The notes under the pieces were generated by a model that saw only the letters and a program-made list of their open reading frames with translations, did no database searches and was not told the DNA's origin. Positions 8,385 through 15,309 of a stretch of DNA of 20,000 nucleotides are shown piece after piece. Source of the DNA: an uncultured virus (IMG/VR IMGVR_UViG_3300027782_000075). Taxonomy: Duplodnaviria; Heunggongvirae; Uroviricota; Caudoviricetes. The position numbers were made by a program, and so were the translations under genes. The stretch's first letter is position 1. Every line of letters starts with the position of its first letter. The stretch lies in IMG/VR virus record IMGVR_UViG_3300027782_000075; one strand, written 5' to 3'.

Positions 8385-8414
8385 AAAAAGGGACAAGAAA
8401 TTGTCCCTTTTTTT
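8385..8414 (+). terminator. Intrinsic terminator after major capsid gene
   Basis: AAAAAGGGACAA-GAAA-TTGTCCCTTTTTTT: perfect stem, GNRA loop, T tract. Confidence 0.92.
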
Positions 8415-8423
8415 ATGTTCTGA

Positions 8424-8431
8424 TATTTATA
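8424..8431 (+). promoter_or_regulatory. TATTTATA putative late promoter
   Basis: Directly after the capsid terminator; 14 nt before ATG 8446. Confidence 0.65.
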
Positions 8432-8445
8432 ATAAATTGTATATT

Positions 8446-9624
8446 ATGATTAAGCAAACTTGGGAAATATCACAAGAAGAACGAAATAGAATTATTTCAC
8501 TTCACGAATCCGCAACAAAGAATCTTTATTTAGTGTCTGAACAAAATACTGCCGAACCTGAAAAAGATTCAATTAGTTTGACCAAACGGGTTGAATTTCC
8601 AAGTGGATTTCATAGTTCATCTGCAGTAAATCTTGAAACCCTCATAGATTTGTCCAAAATTGAAGAATTCTTAAAAAAATATAAAGATAAAAAGATAGTT
8701 ATTAAACTAAAGTCAAGTGAATCACAGGTTCCAAATAATGATAACGAGGTTACTCCAAAGAAAAGACTTAACCCTGGAGACCTTAGTAAAATGAGATATC
8801 AAACTATTCAAACTTTTATGACTGAATGGTTAAATGGTCTTGTTTCTAAAGGTATTATTTCTCAAGTTCCTAAATTTATAAACACTGAACCTCATATTGA
8901 CACAACTACGCCTTGGGATCCAAAATCATCTCCTAAAGATCCAAAATATACTAAACATCAGTTTGTTGAGATTGAGGTAAACGCGGAAGGTCAGATAGAG
9001 CCGAAAAAAACTTTAACACCTGAGTTTCAGAAGGTCGAAACTTCGAGAACAGAATATTCAACGACAAACAATTATAATACTGCTTTATTTTATAACTATA
9101 GTTATGCACCAGGTGCTGTCCTTGGTATGAGTCAGTCGGAAGCTGAGTCTTTGCCTGGAGCTTTATTAACTATGAATAGGGAATTTGTACTTGATACTCC
9201 AGCACCAAAATTAAATCTACCATCATTCCCAATAAAAATAACCCCAAATGGTGGACAAACTGTACCCGTAATAGTTTTGAAACAAAAGAAAGGTAATGAA
9301 GTACCCGATTCACCAAATTATTGGATAAAATGGAACGCATATGTTTCAGACTCATATACCCTTGAAATTCCATTTCCGAAAGATAGTAAAGAATTTCAAT
9401 CTGCTTGGCTATTCATGTATTTTTATATTAATTCACCAAATTCATTCCCTCAAGATTGGAAATTTATTGCAAACAAACCTGAAAATGTAGATTGGAATTT
9501 AGTTGATGTTGAATTACAAAGTGGCGGGGAACAAAAATACAGTAAGACTATCGCAACCCAAAAAGATGTATGGAGTAAATATCCTATGGATTGGTATGCT
9601 AATATGGTAAAGAAAGTTTATTGA
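8446..9624 (+). CDS. Putative virion-associated protein with degenerate OmpA/MotB-like domain
   Basis: Start revised from 8380 to 8446 because the longer start overlaps the terminator. Pattern VEFPSG...KIEEFLKKY.DKKIVI..SSESQ...LSKMRYQTIQTFM...KGII...QFVEIEV parallels OmpA_C. Confidence 0.55.
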   Translation: MIKQTWEISQEERNRIISLHESATKNLYLVSEQNTAEPEKDSISLTKRVEFPSGFHSSSAVNLETLIDLSKIEEFLKKYKDKKIVIKLKSSESQVPNNDNEVTPKKRLNPGDLSKMRYQTIQTFMTEWLNGLVSKGIISQVPKFINTEPHIDTTTPWDPKSSPKDPKYTKHQFVEIEVNAEGQIEPKKTLTPEFQKVETSRTEYSTTNNYNTALFYNYSYAPGAVLGMSQSEAESLPGALLTMNREFVLDTPAPKLNLPSFPIKITPNGGQTVPVIVLKQKKGNEVPDSPNYWIKWNAYVSDSYTLEIPFPKDSKEFQSAWLFMYFYINSPNSFPQDWKFIANKPENVDWNLVDVELQSGGEQKYSKTIATQKDVWSKYPMDWYANMVKKVY

Positions 9625-9629
9625 ATTCA

Positions 9630-10151
9630 TCAATTCAACGCAATAAAAGAGAAATAATAATGATTTTCAGTTTTTTGATAAGAAAGGTAAAATCTTTTTG
9701 TTTTCTCATCGAGAAGAAGTTCGTTGTGTGATTCGGAATGTTTCCATTTTAAGAAACAATATTTTACAACATCGTATTCTGTCGAAGTTTCCATTGACAT
9801 CTTGTTCAAGATTTCTTCGATTTCTTTTACGTTTGAAAACCAATTTCCTATTCCGTCTTTTTTAGGGATATTTATTTTCATAATATTTTCCCCCCCGTAT
9901 GTAAAATCAGAAATATACGAATGTATATTTTCATTAAATCCATTGTGACTGTAATCTTCCACTATACTTTTACTACGTAAATCGGCAAATTCTTTCATAG
10001 AGTAATCGATTTTAACTGGATTCAATCCATTTGAACATCTATACTCATTTAAGATTTGTTCAAAATTAATAATAATGGGAGTACTGTCATTATTTGGATT
10101 CTTGAACCCAAATAATAAAAATGAAAGCAATAGAATAACAATTTTTTTCAC
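9630..10151 (-). CDS. CAP/SCP-domain protein with N-terminal signal peptide
   Basis: GTG start and MKKIVILLLSFLLFG signal-like segment. Motifs LNEYR.SNGLNPV, YSHNG, GGENI, WKHSESHNELLL correspond to CAP N-x-x-R, SH, GENI and W-x-x-S-x-x-H motifs. Confidence 0.85.
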   Translation of the reverse strand: MKKIVILLLSFLLFGFKNPNNDSTPIIINFEQILNEYRCSNGLNPVKIDYSMKEFADLRSKSIVEDYSHNGFNENIHSYISDFTYGGENIMKINIPKKDGIGNWFSNVKEIEEILNKMSMETSTEYDVVKYCFLKWKHSESHNELLLDEKTKRFYLSYQKTENHYYFSFIALN

Positions 10152-10156
10152 AAAGA

Positions 10157-10381
10157 TTATTTTTTTTCAGTAAAGTGGTTATTCATTATTCTTAATGATT
10201 TAGAAACAATTTCAGATTCTTGTAATGAGAAAATTCTTGAATTGTGAGAGTATTCTAATGCTTTGATAATCATGTAATATGCCTGTTCCAAGTTCATGTC
10301 ATCACACAGGGTGTTTACATCGTTTGGAGTGTAATACGCGATACTATCGAATAGTAATCCTATTGGTTGTTTTTGTTCCAT
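10157..10381 (-). CDS. Hypothetical protein
   Basis: 74-aa ORF, 5 nt upstream of the CAP gene, fills the gap. Confidence 0.65.
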   Translation of the reverse strand: MEQKQPIGLLFDSIAYYTPNDVNTLCDDMNLEQAYYMIIKALEYSHNSRIFSLQESEIVSKSLRIMNNHFTEKK

Positions 10382-10399
10382 TATTTTGAATTGACGGTA

Positions 10400-10407
10400 T
10401 ATTTATT
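10400..10407 (+). promoter_or_regulatory. TATTTATT putative late promoter
   Basis: In a 37-nt divergent gap, 11 nt before ATG 10419. Confidence 0.6.
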
Positions 10408-10418
10408 GTTACAAAGTT

Positions 10419-11105
10419 ATGAAAAAAAATTCAATAAAAGAAGCGACAGGTTCTGGTAGTTCCGGAAAATTTAAGGTACCTATTGTTCTTGCCCCACAGC
10501 CATGGGAAAAGAATCAATTAGCACCATTCACAGACCCTTTATATTCGTATACAAATGCCGAATTAGCCTACGAAGAAGCGGACGGAGACTTCATAGAATC
10601 TCCTGAAAAAAGGGCTCAAATTGAAAAAAGAACTAAAAAATTATCTAAAATGACTGATTATTTGAAACAATTTTATACTGGACAAAATGACGAAGAGGGA
10701 TCGGCACTTAATCCAACTATGAGTGGTGACCCATTAAAAGAATCATTATTGAAAGAAGATTTGGCGGTTTGGTTCGGTACTAAGAAAAAACCTAAAGGAT
10801 CGAAACAGCCTTCAGGACCATGGGTTAATATTTGTAGAAAAAAGGAAGGAGGAGGGCATCCTCCTTGTGGTAGACCTGAAGCAGATAGTAAGGGATATCC
10901 TAAATGTCGTGCTAAAGGAGTCGCCGCAAACATGACCGACGCCCAAAAGAAATCAGCATGTTCACAGAAAAGACGTGCCGAGAAAAAAGACCCCAAAGTT
11001 GGAACTGGAAACAAACCAACTATGACATCTTATAAACCAAAAAAATCCCAAAATGAATCATTAAGGGATTTAATTCTTAAAATTTTGAAAGAAAACATTA
11101 GATAA
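10419..11105 (+). CDS. Hypothetical protein with basic Cys-containing WF...WV...CGR...YPKCR module
   Basis: 228 aa; charged N-half, LKESLLKE, then a Lys-rich module resembling conserved hypothetical proteins of aquatic phages. Confidence 0.7.
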   Translation: MKKNSIKEATGSGSSGKFKVPIVLAPQPWEKNQLAPFTDPLYSYTNAELAYEEADGDFIESPEKRAQIEKRTKKLSKMTDYLKQFYTGQNDEEGSALNPTMSGDPLKESLLKEDLAVWFGTKKKPKGSKQPSGPWVNICRKKEGGGHPPCGRPEADSKGYPKCRAKGVAANMTDAQKKSACSQKRRAEKKDPKVGTGNKPTMTSYKPKKSQNESLRDLILKILKENIR

Positions 11106-11493
11106 GCTTTTCTAAAATTTTCTTCAGTGAGTGTTGTACTTGGCTATGCATTTCCTTTTCAAATTTCATTCTTGCTTCTTCTACTTTGTTATCAAACATT
11201 CTGTTTAATTTCTCAGACATCAAATCAGAAACTACAATGTCGTAGTTATACACGTGATTTGTTATATTTATCCTGTTTTCGTGAAGAACCACAAACATTT
11301 GTAGAAACTCATTTTTGATATATCTTTTTTGTGAGAGAGGGGCAATTAAAAATTTAGAACTTTCATGATTGATTAACTTACGGCAAATTGAAGATGCAGT
11401 TTTTTCATTCTCATCAAGTTCTACTTGTGGTACAAGTTTTCTTTTGAATCTAATAAAAAATCTAGTCCAAATTTTTTTGAAGAATTTTTTCAT
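11098..11493 (-). CDS. Hypothetical protein
   Basis: 131-aa ORF with amphipathic basic/aromatic N-terminus; converges on 10419-11105 with 8-nt overlap. Confidence 0.7.
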   Translation of the reverse strand: MKKFFKKIWTRFFIRFKRKLVPQVELDENEKTASSICRKLINHESSKFLIAPLSQKRYIKNEFLQMFVVLHENRINITNHVYNYDIVVSDLMSEKLNRMFDNKVEEARMKFEKEMHSQVQHSLKKILEKLI

Positions 11494-11520
11494 GATGATG
11501 GGTATGATTTGATAGTCTTA

Positions 11521-11528
11521 CAAAAGTA
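11521..11528 (-). promoter_or_regulatory. Bacteroidota-type -7 promoter element TACTTTTG
   Basis: Exact TAnnTTTG match downstream of a terminator, 27 nt before ATG 11493. The nearest upstream TTTG is only 14 nt away, shorter than usual. Confidence 0.5.
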
Positions 11529-11543
11529 ATAAAATTCTTCGAC

Positions 11544-11574
11544 AAAAAAAAGAAGAACCTAAATTCTTCTTTTT
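11544..11574 (-). terminator. Intrinsic terminator, possibly bidirectional
   Basis: AAAAAGAAGAA-CCTAAA-TTCTTCTTTTT inverted repeat with T tracts on both strands, directly after the stop at 11579. Confidence 0.7.
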
Positions 11575-11578
11575 ATTT

Positions 11579-12046
11579 TTAACAATAAGCCCCTGAGCAA
11601 TGTTTTTTACCGTCTAAACCCGGCATCTTACCTTTACATACTTGGACTCCATAACCGTTCGAATAAGCGGAAGGAAAAACTTTGAATTTCCCTTTCGCAG
11701 CCGCGAGTCCTCTAGCACAAAGTTTGGTTCCAGTTTTCTTTCTACCTTCAGTCATTTCTTCATAATCAACATATTGGTCCATTTTTCTTTTCTCATTCAT
11801 TATGAAATCAAAAACTTGGTCCATGTTTGTCTTTGCTTCTGAAACGTGGTCGTCAGCCCAATCATGTCCATCTTGTATAATTTGGTCAATCATTTCTTCA
11901 TCCATTTCTAATAACATTTTACACTGTCTGGCAATTTGTTTTAGGTTACTGAAGAACATATAATTTTCAGTTTCTTGTTGTTCACTCAAAACTCGTTTAA
12001 CTAAATGTGATAAATCCTTTTCTGTTAATTTCACTATTTTACTCAT
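11579..12046 (-). CDS. Putative head-associated protein with C-terminal KFKVFPSAY module
   Basis: 155 aa: N-terminal IVKLTEKDLSHLVKRVLSEQ helix, acidic HDWADDH segment, basic Cys-containing tail. Start overlaps the stop of the upstream gene (ATGA). Confidence 0.7.
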   Translation of the reverse strand: MSKIVKLTEKDLSHLVKRVLSEQQETENYMFFSNLKQIARQCKMLLEMDEEMIDQIIQDGHDWADDHVSEAKTNMDQVFDFIMNEKRKMDQYVDYEEMTEGRKKTGTKLCARGLAAAKGKFKVFPSAYSNGYGVQVCKGKMPGLDGKKHCSGAYC

Positions 12047-13551
12047 GATTGTTTTGTATTTACGATTGAAAATGTTAATTGTCTCTTATAAGTATCTTTT
12101 TCTCCTGAAGTGTTCACTTGAATATCAACAAAATATTGATTTGGAATTTTGTCTCTCATATCAAATATGAAGTAATATTCATTTGGTGTTCTGTTCAATG
12201 GAGTCCAATCTTGTACTAATACTTCAGTTGTTCCTTCCATTACATAAACTCTGTAGAACCCTGAAACATCCAATAGAAGTACCTGTCCTGTGTATGCCTT
12301 TTTGATTGTTACTCCAACTTTTCTGATATCAGTATTAAGTATCTTTTCGTTTTGTAAGATACCATAGAAATCAAATCCAAATATTTCAGGTTCTTTAGAC
12401 ACTGAACCGATTTGGATACCTGAGGTATATGGTTGTAATGTAAATTGATTAGTCACATTAGGGATAGATTGTCCATTGATTGTAAGACCTGACCATACAT
12501 CATAAAAAATACATGGTGTTGGATAGTTGGAAAACCCATTTGGAACGGTTACTTCATAAACACCTTTGGTTTTTAGACAGGTGGTTAAGGAACCCATACC
12601 CGCCACTGCGGTACCATTTCTATCTTCAATTCTTACAAAAGGGTCTGAATCAAGATTCGCGAAATCCCCATTTTGATAAACGTATAAGAATAACTTATTT
12701 TCCTGATTTTTTAAGAATAGATTTCTATCATCCGTAATTAAGTCATTGTAATTTGTTAATAGATATGGTTGATAAAATGTTTGAGTGTGTCTTGAAAAGA
12801 ACGCCACACTATAACTTTCTGTTAGGCCTGTAATATTTTCTATTTGAGGGAGATATGATATACCCCAACCTGTGACTCCAGTTATTGACCCATTTAATAT
12901 ACCGTTGATTTCATTGGTCATATCCATATTCAAATCTTCGTTTCCGAGTTCGAAATGTTGTCTTGCGACGATGGTCAAACCTGAATAGTTTACAGCCCCT
13001 TCATTCTTATTGTTGTAGATACCATTTTGAGACCATCCAGAGAGAGTTGTCGTTTGATACCAGTTAGATGGTCGTGTAGAATATGCTCGACTGTCAACGT
13101 ACGTTAAAGGGGAAATTCCACCGTTCGCACTATTTTGTGCAATATTGAAATCATTGTAATCATACCCTACACCTTCATCCCACAATTGTGGATTACCTGT
13201 TGCTCCTGAAAATTTGGGGATTCTCCATAATATTAAGTCGAACGAGGTCGATCTTCTTCTTTCGTTTGACATGAATGAATTTAATAATTCATTATCAAAT
13301 GATGACGTGTTTGTCATTTGGAGAGTGTGTGTCATTGCTGAAGTACACCCTGTAGATATAACACCTGAACTTATGTTTTCTTCTAATAAAGATAAATCTA
13401 AATCAAAGATAAATCTTGTGTAACCAAAGTTTGGGACAATTAAATCCGAAGCACCAAAATTCAACTCAATTACAGGGTTTCTACCCGTATTTACGTATGA
13501 GTTTGAAATGATGGTATTGTTTTTATTTATATAAGACCTTAAGATTGACAT
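12043..13551 (-). CDS. Probable virion structural protein (beta-rich; DNRLRE-like N-terminal domain, Ig-like C-terminus)
   Basis: 502 aa, T/N/G/aromatic-rich. RFIFDLDLS...WDEG...SNWY...DMTNEI...FFSRHT...PYLLTNY pattern. Late motif upstream; follows the spike gene. Confidence 0.55.
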   Translation of the reverse strand: MSILRSYINKNNTIISNSYVNTGRNPVIELNFGASDLIVPNFGYTRFIFDLDLSLLEENISSGVISTGCTSAMTHTLQMTNTSSFDNELLNSFMSNERRRSTSFDLILWRIPKFSGATGNPQLWDEGVGYDYNDFNIAQNSANGGISPLTYVDSRAYSTRPSNWYQTTTLSGWSQNGIYNNKNEGAVNYSGLTIVARQHFELGNEDLNMDMTNEINGILNGSITGVTGWGISYLPQIENITGLTESYSVAFFSRHTQTFYQPYLLTNYNDLITDDRNLFLKNQENKLFLYVYQNGDFANLDSDPFVRIEDRNGTAVAGMGSLTTCLKTKGVYEVTVPNGFSNYPTPCIFYDVWSGLTINGQSIPNVTNQFTLQPYTSGIQIGSVSKEPEIFGFDFYGILQNEKILNTDIRKVGVTIKKAYTGQVLLLDVSGFYRVYVMEGTTEVLVQDWTPLNRTPNEYYFIFDMRDKIPNQYFVDIQVNTSGEKDTYKRQLTFSIVNTKQS

Positions 13552-13564
13552 TTATCTTTTAACT

Positions 13565-13572
13565 AATAAATA
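13565..13572 (-). promoter_or_regulatory. TATTTATT putative late promoter
   Basis: In a 21-nt gap, 13 nt before ATG 13551. Confidence 0.6.
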
Positions 13573-15108
13573 TCAATTAAGTCTAATATTTTTACTTAGA
13601 ATTTTGTTAACCGCATTATTGAGTTCGGTTAGAATTGTTTGTGTGTTTGTTCCTTCTTGAGTTACGGGTACTGGCGGAAGACCTGGATATGCGTGAGTGT
13701 GAGTTACCAAGAATTTTACAATCAAATTAATTAATTCCAAAAGTTCCTCCCCCCTAACCATACTTGAAGTTTTTGGTAATAATTCTTTTGTAAATTTTTC
13801 AGGACTTATACCATATAAAGTATCATCAAAGTTTATCTTACCCTTACCCGGAATTTGCGAGTTGTGAGATACCAAGAATAAAACATCACTTCCCAAAGCA
13901 CCATATGAAGATTCTTGATTAACATACTTTTGTTGGGGGACTACAAATTTTTTCGGAGTTCTTGGAGTTCCAACTTTTCCTTTTGCATAAATTAAACCAT
14001 AACCACCTTTCAGAGCGGGATCCAATTTAATCCCTTTGTAAATGTCACTAATGTTACTAACTTCTATTGGTGTTGCAGATGAACCTAACGGTGTTGATGG
14101 GTTCAACTTTGAATACATAAGTGGACTTGGTCTGTAATAAATCGGAAATTTATTACTTGCGTTATTATCGTTGAATAACCTCACACCACTTTTAGTTACG
14201 TCTGTTTCATTACAAGTTTTTATAAAGTTATTAATAAATTTGATAGTTTCTGATTTGGACAACATTGCGAACGATTCAATTGCGACCAATTTTTTAAGGT
14301 TTTCAGAAATTTCGCTGTCCACTGAAATAAATTTGGAATTGATTAAAGGGTTTGGTTTTAATTGATATAAATAAACCGAACCTGAAAATTTGTCCTGAGT
14401 GTTCTCTGGGTTTGTAACTACCCATTCAATTAAATATTTGGTTAATAAAACATCTTCTTGTAATTCAAAATAAACTTTCGGATCTAAATTTTGTAAGGTA
14501 CTTTGAAACTTTGAAAGTTGTAAAAACCCTCTTTGTTGATTTGCAACAGGTATTACATTTGGTTGTAATTGTTCCCCTTTGAATTTACCGGCTCTGATTA
14601 AAATTTCATCTTGTTTAACAATTACGTCAGCACTTCCCCGTCCCAAAAGAGCGTTGTCCCCTGGTTGTGGAAACACACCTTTATGGACTGACTGATCAGT
14701 AAATGTTCCATCTTGATTTTTTAATGGCTTAGGGTTTTTGATTTGCATACCTGTACCTGTGAATTTATTTCCTCCGAAATAATATTCGTTGAAGGTCGCG
14801 GTTGGGCTTGAAAACGTATTTTGAACGTAATACTGATTTTGGTACTGGAAATCTTTGTTTACATAAATTACTTGGACTAATTCGTTAACTTTTGGAACTG
14901 AATATACAAAGTATGGTAGTAGAGCGTTAAATACTAAAGGGTCTCTTGAGGTCCATATATCTTTTTCTTCGTTCCATGGTGGATCAGAAATGCCTTTCAA
15001 TATGTCATCATAGTTGTCAATAAGTCTAATACCTCTGATACGACCCAACATCATAGGGTCTTCAGTATTTAATACTCTACATTGAAAAAATATTGAGTTA
15101 TCTTTCAT
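13573..15108 (-). CDS. Baseplate central spike/hub protein (gp5/gpV-like)
   Basis: N-terminal OB-fold pattern RVLNTEDPMMLGRIR...VPKVNELVQVIY; PGDNALLGRG; C-terminal VRGEEL...THTHAYPG with the HxH motif of gpV-type spike tips. Confidence 0.75.
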   Translation of the reverse strand: MKDNSIFFQCRVLNTEDPMMLGRIRGIRLIDNYDDILKGISDPPWNEEKDIWTSRDPLVFNALLPYFVYSVPKVNELVQVIYVNKDFQYQNQYYVQNTFSSPTATFNEYYFGGNKFTGTGMQIKNPKPLKNQDGTFTDQSVHKGVFPQPGDNALLGRGSADVIVKQDEILIRAGKFKGEQLQPNVIPVANQQRGFLQLSKFQSTLQNLDPKVYFELQEDVLLTKYLIEWVVTNPENTQDKFSGSVYLYQLKPNPLINSKFISVDSEISENLKKLVAIESFAMLSKSETIKFINNFIKTCNETDVTKSGVRLFNDNNASNKFPIYYRPSPLMYSKLNPSTPLGSSATPIEVSNISDIYKGIKLDPALKGGYGLIYAKGKVGTPRTPKKFVVPQQKYVNQESSYGALGSDVLFLVSHNSQIPGKGKINFDDTLYGISPEKFTKELLPKTSSMVRGEELLELINLIVKFLVTHTHAYPGLPPVPVTQEGTNTQTILTELNNAVNKILSKNIRLN

Positions 15109-15307
15109 TTCTATCTTGATAAACTTTTAATACTTTATTATACAATTCTTCAACACTATCTAAATAGAAAGTACTTTTAATTATAGATTCTTTTGTAGAA
15201 TCAAAATCTGAAGATAACAAATCTAAATATTCCACCAATTTTGTGTTTGGTAAATCTTTTAGGCTTGATTGGCTATCCAATATTTCCTTAAATTTTTCGT
15301 CTTTCAT
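15098..15307 (-). CDS. Hypothetical small helical protein
   Basis: 69-aa ORF tightly packed between neighbours (2-nt gap, 11-nt overlap). Confidence 0.65.
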   Translation of the reverse strand: MKDEKFKEILDSQSSLKDLPNTKLVEYLDLLSSDFDSTKESIIKSTFYLDSVEELYNKVLKVYQDRNER

Positions 15308-15309
15308 AT

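Noticed and set aside
8380..8445. ORF-track start at 8380
   Set aside because: It runs through the capsid terminator and the promoter-like motif; ATG 8446 fits better.
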